Below, piece after piece: positions 35,917-48,834 of a DNA stretch of 52,844 nt. The notes under the pieces are model-generated. The model worked only from the letters and a program-made list of their open reading frames with translations. It had not been told where the DNA came from and did no database searches. A program made the translations under genes and the position numbers. Numbering within the stretch: the first letter of the stretch is position 1; every line of letters starts with the position of its first letter. This DNA is from Catajapyx aquilonaris (Eukaryota), in the NCBI GenBank assembly GCA_000934665.2, contig JYFJ02002678.1, positions 1 through 52,844 of the forward strand, written 5' to 3'.

Positions 35917-36233
35917 TTTGGTTGGTTGGTTGGTAGGAAGGGGTACCCAGCTTGTATGGCTCTGTCTGAGTCGAGCCTTGGCAGCCGGGGGTAGGAGAGG
36001 AAGGTGTGGGATTGCTAGGTAGGGGTGGGTGAGAAGGGTGGGGGAGAGGAGGGCTGGACCCGGCTGTACTGCAATGCCGGGTCCAACCCAGGGACGGGGG
36101 TGGGATATTCTCCCAAGCACCCCGTCCGACCAAGAAATGCGAGTCAGGTCCGAGGACCGCTGGAGGAAGAGAGTACCGTCGCTGGCGAACCGGCCGGGAC
36201 CTCGCATATTGGATACTCTGACTTTTTAGATAT
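35917..36233 (-). mobile_element. 5'-truncated non-LTR retroposon 3' end with (CCAA)n tail
   Basis: GC-rich 317-bp insert with a (TTGG)4 run on the plus strand. 14-bp TSD TTTCCGGCCGTCCA at 35903-35916 and 36234-36247. Internal 10-bp stem TGGACCCGGC/GCCGGGTCCA. Confidence 0.8.
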
Positions 36234-38365
36234 TTTCCGGCCGTCCAGGAGCTTGGTACTGTACCGTACTAACTTATGGCAATAACTGCGCTGCGGCATT
36301 TTCATTCCCATTTTGTGGAGAATGAATTGACATGTTTATAGGCTATAAGGTGTCAAGCTCATTTTGTAATTTCACTTACATTATACTGCATGTCAGTGAA
36401 AATTAAATGTCACTGTCAAGTATCACACCGTATATTAATCACAATGGGATTCTAAATCGCCTACATACGTATGCTTCTCGTCAAGGCGTGGTGAATGGAA
36501 CCATCTTCAACTGTCATCAAGGCAACTAGTCAGACGGGACTGCCTCAAACTATAGTTTTAAATATATTGGGATACTTTCTCACAAGCTAACCGATATATT
36601 ACAATAGGTTACTAGAGGAAGAAGGAACCCTCAGAAGCAGCACTTTTCTCCATTGCAAATAATGTAACTATGGCATCAAGTGCCTTGAAATATTGCATTT
36701 TCACGTTTTGCAATTCCCATTACTTTTCTGAACACGGGATTTGTATCCTGTATAGCCTTCTCAATCACGCAAGTAACGGGGGAGCCTGGAGGAAAACGCA
36801 AACAGCTTACAAAGTACTGTATACCGGTACAAGGGTATTGACAATTCCGTGGCTAAATGTTATTCATGAAACTGCACTGTAACTCCAAGGTGAGCTTTGC
36901 AAAAGCTATATTAAGTGAAACATGCAGCGACAGTAAGCTTATTCATCTGAAACAGAGTTTACCGCGTGCTAATGGCATCAGCCTAGTCTAATTGTGTAGG
37001 TAAATTAAGACTGTAAATGAAGCTGTCAGGCAGCAGAGGTATTTTGAGGTCCTGGGTCATCCGCTGTCTAATTTGAGAAATTACTATACATTTTAAATCA
37101 CATACCCACGAGTCACTAGGTAACTGAATTATGACTGAAAATGAAATAATTATCGTATATGCTGGTATGAAAAGAAAAACTGTTTTGCTTTTATGGTATT
37201 CTCGACTCGAAGTAGAAGCAGCTGCGTAATGTTTGATAGATAATTCAAACTAGTGATTACAACATTATTATGAAACTGCCTATTTACTAATAACATATTT
37301 TATTCACAAGTCTTGTCACTTGGGGAGGGGGGTGCTTTGAAAACACTTCAGAACACAGACCAGTTGTTTTCCTACTCGATATTGGGCCTGCAACAATTGT
37401 GATGTAATAGGTTTGATTAATTAACTGTGTTGGTGCAAATCAAATACCTTCAACCCACAAAATGCTAATACACGACAGCTACAAACAGTGTTTGCGTGTT
37501 GTGACTGAATTTACGATGGCTTTTTCTGCTTTGTAGGAGCGACCACAATTCGTTAAAATATTACTAGGATTTTGCAATCAGCAATATGCCCTTTGGATTC
37601 GTAAACCCAGTAAATTGCGGCATGGCCTAGCTCGGTGTTGCAAAAACATCGTTTGCAACTGAGTTTTTAAGAGGATTCGAAACTATTGAATTCACCTTTT
37701 CTATATACTGTAGACCTACCTGCACCATGTTCATGGAAATGAGTATTTCAGAACTATTCTGGACAGTTTCATAACTCCAATGTTCTCTTTGCCAGTTTTC
37801 CTCCGATGCAATTCCTCAGCGAAGTCGAACGTATATCGCCTGAAGACTAAAAGACTTTCATAGAGGACTCCAAGAGAAGCACGTATGTACTAACTTTCCT
37901 AGATGAAAGTGAAGGAAATATATCAACCATTTTTCAGTAGCTTCGTGTTTTCGGACAGGTCAGGCACTCCTCATAACTTCCCGCCTCGAGGTAGAGTTCG
38001 GAGTTTGTTGAATTTCGTGTTTCGCAAGTGAAATGTACTATACTGTTTAACGAGCGATATACAGTATAATTTATAGGCTACAGCTTTGCACTGTGACGAG
38101 ATTTGGAATGAGTGAATAATAAACGAAACTCACAAATAATTCTGTGGATGGTTCATATCTTACCTTTGCGTGACCAATGCAGGGAGTTATTCACCATTGC
38201 TTCGATTATCATATTTTAAGGCAGTGGGGTGTACCAGTATGAGCCATTGTAATACAGAGTACAGCAGCAATTTTAACCATAATTCGCATTACTCTGTATA
38301 TCCGCGTGTGTATCAGTTACGCAAACGTTTTTATAGAGGCTAAGGAGTGATATATACCGTAATTT

Positions 38366-38689
38366 AGGGGAGACGGAGTGGCGCCGCGGTAACGTGCGCG
38401 CCCACGGATGTTAAGGTCCCGGTTCGATCCCAGCCCGGGGACACCCCCTGCATCTCGTGCAGAGTTCAGGGTCACCTCTGGCTTCGTCTCGGGTGGTATT
38501 TCCTACAGACTAAACCACCCGGGGGAGTTCACTAAAAATGGCCACAGCGTCAGATTCACTGCACTTTGCACATACCCTCCTGTCATCCTGCCCGGGCGCT
38601 TCAAAAATAGGATTCCAAAATTGTATACCATCATAATAAAGGTCTGGCAGAAGGCCCCTCTGGGGCTAGCCGAATACCCAATCAATTAT
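38366..38689 (+). mobile_element. SINE family A, full length
   Basis: A-box-like TGGCGCCGCGG, B box GGTTCGATCCC and a short ATT tail. 13-bp TSD TATACCGTAATTT at 38353-38365 and 38690-38702. Confidence 0.92.
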
Positions 38690-41042
38690 TATACCGTAAT
38701 TTTTTATTGTAAATGTAGACTATCTATAACTCGCCATGTACAGTTTGCCAAAACATTTGATTAATTCTCCGAGGTCTGTGTTCAATCAGCATTTTCGCGA
38801 CTAGAGAATTTATCAAATAAATACCTAATAAAGCCCGACATGAATAATTCGATGACTTGATGTCCACACGGAGACCGGGGGGTAAGGGTAGGCATGAGAG
38901 CCGCTATAATTTTATCCCAACTCGCAAACTCCTACACCACTTTATCAAACTCTCCCATCCTGCGGGGCATTTGCGACCCCCCACACCCCCATTAGTTTCC
39001 CTTCAAAACGACTTTTTCGGCGGGTGGCGGGAGGGGGGGGGGTAGGGTGGAAAAGGAAGGAAGAGAGGCAGACTATGCCACGTCCTATAATGTACGCGTC
39101 ATTATTACAGCCTTAATGAAGAGAGGGAACAGTAGACACGGTTTGAACTGGAGATGTGGAAGGGAATTTGTCTCTTTCAGACCTCGGAAACACTCTGAGG
39201 GATGCTAATGCCCTTTAGTATAACGTATGGAGATCTGTAAATCTTTGGGTTCGCTTCTTTTGCCATTTCAACCCTGATAGTGAGAGCTTAACTCCTGCAC
39301 ACACACACCATACATCTTGGGGGTTTCAAGTGCTCATTTCCACCTCTCTCAACGGGTAATCTTGAAGCCTCAGGCTGACAGTCATTTCTTGTTGCAGATA
39401 CTTTGAGCGTGGGTGGTATAGGCAAGCTGGGGGAAACTCTGGATGAGGGTTGGAGCACACTTTATGTTGATGCCATAGTTAGAAATTAAGAGGTAAACTT
39501 AATTACGTTTTAATCTTGATAGAATATGTACTATTTCGTATATTTAATATTCAGTTCAATGAGGAAAGGTCACTGTTGCCCTGCGAAGAAATTATCAACA
39601 CACAGGTGCACCTCTAATCCCTATCTGCTTACGGGGTCATTACCTCTGACACATTGCACCACACCTTGAAAAGCTAGACCTTGAATAGAGCATAAACTTG
39701 TCTATTGGGGTCAATCCATGAGTATAACCGGTTGTGTGTTTTCAGTTAATATTGACAGGGGTCAGAGGGTCATGAGACAGATTGATTTCAGGTGGATGCC
39801 CGAGTGTTCTAGAAAGTATTTATTTCGAGTAGGTTGATACCCACCCATTTTCTGCAGCACCGAGACAGTAAAATGACCGGGAGAAAGTAAAACTAGTTCC
39901 GTGGAATTAATTTTTGGATTGGGGTTTGATGAGGTTTGGGAGCAGCCATCTGTGCCGAAATCTGGAGGTCATGGTCAACAATTTTTAGGGACTTTTTAAG
40001 GTGAAACATGCTTCATATTGGCGAAAATAATATTCAACCTAAATCAATAGACTTTTCGTAGTTTCAAAATGTGAGATTTTTAAATAGAAAAGTGTTAAAA
40101 GCCACACCGAAAATGTGTTACTTTGTTGGTTTATATAGATTTTTTTTTTGTTCTCGGAACTTATTCGACGCCCATCACATTAAGAGTTAAAACGGGCAAA
40201 TAGCCGTCTGCGCGTTCATTAGTTTGCGTCTTTTTAGTAATGGTTGATAAGGAAATCACCTGGGGAATTTATGAGGCGCAATGTGTCAGCTGAGCTATCG
40301 CTTTTTTCCCTTAAAATGAACATTGCAGCTAATACTGTCCGACAACGTACATTAGATTTTATTACGCCTCCTTTTGTACTGTGTCCTAATTGGCTTCATT
40401 ATCTGTTTTTAAACGCAAGGACTGGCCTGGAATAATTAGGGTTATTAGTTCAACACCAACAGGTTCAATGGGAAGTTTGTCCAACGTGAAAATTTATTGC
40501 TTAAAAGGAATAATTATTGAGCGTAAAATTGGCACTCGCCATGCCATATTGTTTTGCGCAATTGAACTCTAGTAATTGGTTCCAACCGCCTGTCCACTCC
40601 TCATACATCACCGCCACCTGAAAAATATTGACCGTCCTGCAAAAACTAAAAAGTCATTAAAGAGTTCACACCACCATTACTTTCCCTACCTACCTGGAGC
40701 ATCTAATAATGTATAAGTAGGCAGCGAGTTTTCCATTAAGCCCATTTGAAGTGAGTCAAGGTATCTCACAGGGGCTCATGAAAGCACAATTTGGTTAGTT
40801 GTGGAGTGGCAGAGGGCCAGCTTTAATGTCGCGTGGAAGCTCCAAGCTGCGATCAGTTTGGCTGGCTCCAACAAAAGGGGAAAAACCGGTGTCGGAGTAG
40901 TGCACAGCGACGAATCTAACGCCGGCGCGCCTCCGGATCACGTGAGTCGGAGAGCGCCTGTTTCGCAGCCCACCACCGGATCGAAGGCAATCCGCCACGT
41001 GTGGAGCCCCAACTCAGAAGCTCCTGGACCGTCAGTGCGACG

Positions 41043-41804
41043 ATGCTGTCCCATCTGGACTCCGACACGTGCTTGGAGCTACTGGACCCTCCTCATCGGC
41101 AGATGAGGGGCGTGCGGCTCTTCCGGGAACTGTTTCACCGGAGACGCTGTCAGGATACAGAGTACTTCAAACTTGAGGAACGAGACACCCATCGCAGTTG
41201 CGAGTCGCTGGATTCGCTGCTGGACGACGAGGTGAGGGACCGCCGCGTGTCCTGGAGCGGGATCTTCCGGAGTACGTCGTTCGGTGGCGGGTGGCCTAGC
41301 GGATGGGGTGGTGGTTGGTCCACCGGTTGGTCTTCGGGATGGCCTCGAGCGAGGAAAAGAAGCAGGGAGCCGGGGCCACACAAGAGCGCGTCGTTCCCGC
41401 CACCCAACCGCCTCCAGTATGCCCAACTCCGGCGGTCTGCGTCGGTTACGTCCACCACCGGACCAAGACGACGCTCTTTCCTGCTGCCTAGCTGGTGCCG
41501 GAAGGACACGTCGCCTGACCCTCTAGGTAAGCCGCCTAACAAAGGGCGGTTCCGAAGGGCGCTGGAGTCGCTGGCGAAGAAGACCAAGGGTCCACCCAGG
41601 AAGCATAAGTCACCTAAGAAGATTCTGAGGCCGCCTGTGCTCCACGTGTACGCCAAGGGTCCGTCGGGGCTGCCGACGCAAAGGATCCCGTCACGTTGTC
41701 GACGGGGATCGGTGGCCCGCTTTCAAGTGTTTCATTTCCCGCCGCCGACAGAGCCCGTGTTCTCAGGAGTAGGCTTTCTTATGGAATCGCGGTGGTGTCT
41801 CTGA
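41043..41804 (+). CDS. Uncharacterised basic, largely disordered protein (253 aa) with a C-terminal SGLPT motif (DUF4797-like)
   Basis: Longest ORF in the window, in a GC/CpG-rich island. First ATG at 41043; the ORF track start at 41001 is GTG. PKKILRPPVLHVYAKGPSGLPTQRI resembles the arthropod SGLPT-containing DUF4797 (from memory). RRxS phospho-motifs and GW repeats are present. Confidence 0.75.
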   Translation: MLSHLDSDTCLELLDPPHRQMRGVRLFRELFHRRRCQDTEYFKLEERDTHRSCESLDSLLDDEVRDRRVSWSGIFRSTSFGGGWPSGWGGGWSTGWSSGWPRARKRSREPGPHKSASFPPPNRLQYAQLRRSASVTSTTGPRRRSFLLPSWCRKDTSPDPLGKPPNKGRFRRALESLAKKTKGPPRKHKSPKKILRPPVLHVYAKGPSGLPTQRIPSRCRRGSVARFQVFHFPPPTEPVFSGVGFLMESRWCL

Positions 41805-42918
41805 AGGCAACTATCTCTTTCTATTTACCTATAGATTCTTCTAGTACAAATTCTCCCCCACTTTTCAATGTCGCAGTGAGACACTTCACTGTTCTACCCC
41901 GGCGTACCAATTTTGCTCCTTTAATTATTTTCTCAACAAGTGGGGTATAGCTCTTTTGAGTCTCCGGAGCTCCCGACTTGCAATTACGTTTAATTTCATT
42001 AAATGGACTGCATTCTTCATCAAGGAGGCTCAGTTGTGAGTTTGAATTACGCAGACCGGCTCCTTTGTGAATTATTATTATTGTTGTCTCTTGCTTTTTT
42101 TTCACAAAAAATTTATTAATATTGTAGTCCATAGCAGTCTTCCCAAGACAATATGAGGGGGTGCTGCGTAGACATGTAACCAGTTTTTTGTGTGCGGATA
42201 CCAGTGCTTGACCTGTTTTAACTGCAGTTCGAAAAGTGGCTTTACTTGCTCCGGCAAAACATTGTTAACCAAATGATTCAAATGTTTGGGATACCAAAAA
42301 AGGAGAAGGAGAGTCAAAATTCCTTTTTCTCATTCTTCCATGCTGGCCTCCTCCCACACTACTGTGTAAAGAATACGCTTGTGATTACGTACATGTGATT
42401 TGCAATGTTAATATTAATAACATTGTTATTGACGGTAAACAATCTTTGAGGACCAAAAAAAACTACGGCATATAGGGTGGAGTAAGGATTGTGGAGGTGC
42501 TACTTTAAGCCAAAAAAGGAAATAGGAGAAAAAACAGAGATAATGCAATTCTAACAGGAACAGTCGAAAGCTGGCAGAAAAGTTTGCAGGGAAAGCACAA
42601 AATCAACTTTCTAGAAATAAGCTAAATTGGCGGCAAAGCCGTGGAATGTTGACAGATGATAAAGACAGAAAAACTTGATTTTTGAGAACTAGTAAACGTT
42701 TCAAAACTTTATAAGTGAATTAATCTAGCATTATAGCTAGCACTGAGTAGGTCATTACCTTTTAACTAATATATGTGAATGACTTAACACTTACTCTTCC
42801 AATTTTCAAAAGCTAATTTGATATCGTTGTGTAGAACCAGTGATGCAATGAATAGGCAACGTAACCATAGAAATGAAATAAAGAGCAGTGTTTAGCGCAG
42901 CAGAACCGGGCAATGGGA

Positions 42919-42989
42919 GGTCTTGTAGTGTAAGGGCAGCACTCTGGGTTCCAAATCCAGCGGTCCGAGTTCGAGTCTCGGCGAGGCCT
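42919..42989 (+). tRNA. tRNA gene/pseudogene with a tRNA-Gln-like body and CCA (Trp) anticodon, possibly a SINE head
   Basis: GGTCTTG TA GTG TAAGGGCAG CAC T CTGGG TTCCAAA TCCAG CGGT CCGAG TTCGAGT CTCGG CGAGGCC T. All stems pair. The body resembles eukaryotic tRNA-Gln (AGCACTCTGG..AATCCAGCG.TCCGAGTTC..TCTCGG, T discriminator). Confidence 0.65.
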
Positions 42990-43753
42990 CAATTCGCCAG
43001 TTCTATTGCCAAAGGTCTCCTTTTCTATTACCTTTTGTAGGACACGCGGAGGGAATTCAGTATTTCCCATTCGATCATAATTATTATATGCACCTCTTTT
43101 CACTTTGTAAACGAACCATTATTCCATCCTAGAGACCATATCTGTATTTTCTTTAACATGACTGAGCCATTTCTGCTCACTCATTGTGTTGCCTCTACGC
43201 TCCATAGTCGTTTCAAAAATAAAAGGATCGGTTGAGAGTCAGGTGAGAGGTCCTAATGATGCAATATAGCATGGGCACTAGCACTGGATAACATGATATT
43301 AATGAGAATAAAAAGAGAGAGAAATAGACAACCAGGTGATTCTTTCTTTTGATCATAAACTAGAGTTCCCTGGTGTGCAATCCATCTTTTAGCGCCATTA
43401 GGTGCCCTCGAGGCAGGTTGAACAACAGTGGTCGTCCCAACATCCGATGCTGCCCCTATCCACTGTTTAATCAGGTTGGCAGATTGATGACTTCATCTGG
43501 ATGAGCAGGCTTTGGGAGAGGTGGGGGATGGAGGGGAGAGTTGCCCCCTTTCGCTTTGGGGAGCGCACACAGATCGACCGGATCGATATATAAGGCCCTA
43601 TTCCCAAAAATGTATCCGTGATGCTGAAGTGGAGAGAGACCCAGGGCACCCAATAAGAAATATGCACTCTCCACATACCCACCCAACACCTCAAATCCCT
43701 TACTCATACTATACAATACGGTCACTTGCCCCCCGCCATCTTCAACTTCCACA

Positions 43754-43754
<1 letters not shown>

Positions 43755-43829
<75 letters not shown>
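43755..43829. repeat. (ATT)n microsatellite
   Basis: Pure ATT run of about 25 units. It may be the tail of a retroposon fragment at ~43380-43754, but no TSD was found. Confidence 0.95.
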
Positions 43830-46800
43830 TCTGCTGCTGCTGCACCATAGTGTCCTGTGGTGATGAGTTTAGTGGGCGAGGAAACCCCGTTGGGATGAGT
43901 TGCCATTTAGCCCGATTAGTAACGCAGGTCATGATGAGTGCGACACCCGGTGCAGGGTGTAGAGAATGAGGGGTGTGTTCCTGTCTAGGCGAGTCCGAAA
44001 CGCTCGTTGAGACTACTACATTCCCGTTTGTTATCACGCCCGAGAATCAGCGAGCCCCGGGAAACTAATATTGTGCCCCGCACTCAGCTAACTCGATAAC
44101 TTCAGTGTCTCCCCGGACCGTAACTGGATTACGCAGCCGCCAGCCTGACGTGTAATTCATCCCAATTTACGACTAGAGGGCACTTGTTTGTCAGAGCAAC
44201 AATCTTCGAAGCCCGTCATCGCCACTCGGGGGCGCTTTCAAGATGGCTCTTGATTTTTTCCCCCGTTCTCCACCCTATCAACCCTCTCTTTTTGCCAGCT
44301 CGTTTTCTGGACTGAAACAAAATGAGGACTTCACAGATGGCCGAACTTCCGCGTTTTTTATTGTTAAACCCGGATCCACTGCCAGAGTTGGAGGTAGGAA
44401 CCTTTGTGGGGAGGGCGCCCACCTGACTGTGTTTTAAGGGTCACAGCCCGTGTCCCTCTTCAGAAAAATTTCCATTTATATTGCTGTTCCAAGTGTCCTT
44501 AAAATTGGCTTCGTCAGAAAGTGAAGATTTTGCTATTCACTGACTTTAATACGTCGTAACTGGCTGATCAAAAGGTCCTAGTCCAATGTAGATCAAGCAT
44601 TGGGCTTCTTCCTAGCCCTTATCTACTTTGCAGGGTCGGTTCGACTTAACTATGGGCATTCATCATTCTAATCTTTGTGGAGTATGTTCCACTTGGAGAT
44701 TACCACAGTGGAATAGTTTTCCCCTGATAGTTTTGAATGTTTTTAGCATTTAGGGCATGATTTTCAGAGCGTCGAATTTCTTTCCCAGAGTGGATCTTGC
44801 GCGTGGTTCTAATCCATCTACGTAATGTTGGCCAAACGCTACAAACCGGATTAGAAAAAGCAATAAGAAGAAATGAAATGGCGATGCACATATACCAAGT
44901 AAGAATTCCTGAGTGATTGGTTCCCCCCCCCCTCCCCCCTGCTTCCTTCGCAGGCCTTGATTCATAAAATCGCTCCAGAAAGAAGGAAATCCCCAGAAAA
45001 ACCCACACCTCATTTTACAGCCTACGAATCGCTTTTTTTCCCTACCTATACTCGACATACAATATTTTCCGTGATTGTAGATTTTTTTAAAACTCTCCAC
45101 TATTGGAATGAAGATTGTAAGGGTGATCATTCATCATGCCAGCCAGAAGCATTCGTAATCTCAGTATCTCACTCTACAAGATGACGACCCCGGGGCGCCC
45201 TCTTTTATAAGGCTTGTGGATTACATCCTCCTCTTATTCTGTGCCATCCCTGTCTGTTTTCTCAGCGAGTTTGTAAGGCATAGTTTTTGAAACCAATTTT
45301 CTCAAAGGTTTTCAGTTACAGATTAATTTAACCTGAACGTGTTTTGTTACAACCCCAGCAATAACATGCCGCTTGAAAATCCCGTTGAAATATGAGACTC
45401 GGAGAAATCCGGGTGCGTTTACATTTTACTCTTTGCATTTAAAAGTGCTTAGTGTCGCAGTGGAAACTGCTGAACGAAACGAAATACAAAAATTCATTTA
45501 GGAATATTGAATTTTCCCTTCCGTTTTTATGGGTAACCACAAGACAACTTATATTGGCAACTAACTCAATTTCGTAAGAAATATGGAGGAGTATAATAGG
45601 CACCGCATTTAGAACCGAATTAATAGCTTTAGAGTGTAAAAGCAGCGCAAAAAGGGCAAATATTAACGTAGGGGAGGGCTAATCTAGGCGTTCCACCTTC
45701 TCCAGCCAATCACTATGATTTGTGGCTCCTCTAACACCCGGACACTGTGGCTGGCATCTTGAAGGAAACATTTTGCTGATGTAAGTATATTTTGATTAAG
45801 TTCTAAACTATTTGAATAGACGCCCAAAATATTGGATACAAAATGCAAGGAAATGTGAACCAAAAAGTAGCCTGTGGCTGAATTAATTTTTATATTTGGC
45901 TGGCTATGTGAACATGTGCAACGTGAAAGTATATCTGCATAAGGTCGATCATATTCATTGTCACTTGGGCCAACTTGTTATGAAAGTGCAAAAAGTATAT
46001 CATACATGCCTCTATATATCAATATTATTTATTTATTTATTTTTTAAAACTGTGTGTTGGGAAGGTCTGTATCACCCTGATGGAAGTTGTCCTTTTCTAT
46101 TTTTAGTCTGTGTTTTCTTGGGGTGAATTTGCGTTTGATTTTACTGTATTATGTTAAAAATTACGCAGTGATATTATAAAAAAATTAACCAAGAAAACTA
46201 GCAAAGTACATTTTGCTACAATGTGGATTATAGATGATGGTAAACTGCCTAAGTTGAATCAGCAGCAAGGAACGGGGAAAAATTATTCTTGTAATGTAGG
46301 CTATTATTATCGTCACTCTTTCTACATCGGGCTACTAGTGTTATGCACTTGCGCACTGGAGCGAGTAACCCACAGGAGTAATTCATCACGTTTTACACCG
46401 CCCGATTGTCAGAGTGTGTACCACCATGGAGGCTGCAGTACACAGGGAGTATCTTAATAGTGGGACTTATAACCCGCAACGTTCTCGTTGGTGGGGAGGG
46501 GGAGTGTTCAAATTGATATGTCCTTTAGGCAGCGATTTTTGGCACTAAGCTGCTTATTTTAAACACGTGCTTTTTAATAGTTTTAGAGGTTATCAAAAGT
46601 ATTAGAATGTTAAGAATGTGTGGACTCGCTTTTAGCGAAACCTGCAAGTATAGGTCTGGACTGAAAAATATGGGTTGAATCATTGATGTTCGATGCCGAT
46701 TATTCAAATGGGCCATTCCCTATCGGAATTTCATTTCAATTCCGACCTTGGTTAGATGATTCAATTTGATCAGCAGCTAATACTTTTCATAACCTCAAAG

Positions 46801-48620
46801 TAAAGGTTCGAACATTTCTGCTTAAAATTAAGCAGCATAGAGCCACACACTAGCCAACTGAAGTGGAAAAAAACATCAGTAATAAAACACCACAAATGAC
46901 TAGTTGAGAAAACCACTCTTGTTAAGAAACACCCTGTACATATTAGTTATGCACAAGGTGAGCCGACTCCATTTACTCGACTGAAACACGTCACTACGGT
47001 CGCACTCATGTAACTCCCAAAGCCATCGTATGTCCCTAGCTTTATTAGAGCGCCGAAGCGAATTGCATAGGTGTCTCCTCGCCTAGTCGCACGACCTAAT
47101 GAACGTCACATATACGCCAAGAACGACAATAATGAGGATCCAGCTCTCGGGAAGACAATGTCCGTTGACATTTTTTTTTTCCGGCTCAGTTGGTCGACAC
47201 GTGCCTTATAAAAATTGCATGACGACCCCCTTTTTTTGGAGACAATGTGTCGGAGTCACTGGCCTCTTACTGCAACATATACATTGCTCAGTCGATATCA
47301 CAAAAAAGGTGTAGTAGTGCTTAAAATAATATCCCAGTAACCAGCACCATTTAGCCAAATGTACAGGGCAGAAAAGTGGTCTTTTGCAACAAAAAAAAGT
47401 GCAGGCTTTTTGAGCTTTCCAGCTCCGGCTAATTAGGTGGTCATGTTATGTGTTTTTGGCAACTATATGCGTGTTAGCCCCCACGATGCATCAGGCCGAA
47501 ATGAGGATTAGGAGCTGTTCCTCTAGCGCCAGAATATAATGCATCTTTTATTTCCCGACGGAAGCAGATGTGTTGTCCCCACGCAAATAGTGGCCCTCAT
47601 GAATGGGAAATTAAGCTCATGATAAATATTGTCAGCTGCTTATTCGCATGGAATGGTTAGGACAACAAAAAAACTTTTCCAGTTCTGCATTATGCTGTGG
47701 GCAAACAATAACCGGGCTTTATAACTACTGTTCTGCCGCCATTGTGTAGTTATATCGCCCATCACTTAGCAATGACCCATAGTCTGGAAGCTGTAATGGC
47801 TGCTACGCTCTGAGCCAAGAGTAAGGCCCGGATTCACACTGGGGTAGGCAGGACACATCAGATCAGGCCATTACAGGAGAAACCAACCGTGAAGATGTTA
47901 CGGTCGTGTGTAGTTGACGAATATTCGGAAGGGAAAAGGGATTTAAGTCTTTGGAAATGATCCGTTTGGTTGTACTCTGGACGACAATTGGATTGGTGCA
48001 GATGGAAATTGTCATATTGATTCCTTTTCATGGTGGTGAATTGCCAACATAAGTTCATTTTGGCGTTGGGATTTTTTTTGGCGCAAGAACAGTGCGGATG
48101 GCATTCTGACCAGCAACGAAAGTACAGAGTTTTTAATTCTTATTTAATTCTTGTAAGTGCAGGTGGGTTGTAGACTAATATATTGCATGTCAACAAAATT
48201 CATAATTTAAAATATCACTTTAATTTGCGTTGCATAGTAATTTTCTACTCTGATGCAATCAAGTCGATAATGTAGCCGACAGTATTGGACTATATATCTG
48301 CCGGGACATTTAATTTCCAAATATGATATGTGATACGTGCAAGTATTACTGATTAGTTGTACAGTATTCAAGGTAAGTTCAAAGTTCAAACAATAAATAG
48401 GCCTACATTTGCGTAATGAAAATGTAGATCAATGCATTATGGCGATGGTAGGAATATATTGTTAACAGTTAACCGTATTGGTCAGGGATATTTGCATCAG
48501 CTCGTGTTTATAATTTTTTTTGCCCCATATCTACACATATATGGGGGGTGGATTACCACCATCGGGATTATTTTTGGAGCGAGTCAAGATTTAATCTTGT
48601 TAGTATGCTCCAAGGTAATT

Positions 48621-48834
48621 AGGAGGGGATGTGCAAAGTGCGTGTGCGCGGGCGAGTAGTGGTCATTTTGTGAACTCCCCCGGGTGGCTTAGTCTATCGG
48701 AAATTGCCACCCGAAACGAAGCCAGAGATGGCCCAACTCTGCACGAAAGAAGGTGGGAACCCCGGGTGGGGATTGAACCCGGGACCTTAACTTCCGTGGG
48801 CGCGCGCGTTACCGCGGCGCCACTCCGTCTCCCT
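48621..48834 (-). mobile_element. SINE family A, diverged copy lacking its 3' tail
   Basis: Head GGGAGACGGAGTGGCGCCGCGGTAAC with B box GGTTCAATCCC. The body is homologous to the other A copies up to CACATCCCCTCCT. Confidence 0.85.

Noticed and set aside
36165..36205. HDV-ribozyme-like string TCGCTGGCGAACCGGCCGGG
   Set aside because: The P1/P2/P3 pairings could not be built.
41079..41656. Antisense and alternative-frame ORFs over the GC-rich gene
   Set aside because: They are expected from stop-codon scarcity in GC-rich sequence and carry no recognisable motifs.
43855..44015. Hammerhead-like fragments (TGATGAG ... GAAAC)
   Set aside because: There is no intact CTGANGA core and no consistent stems I-III.
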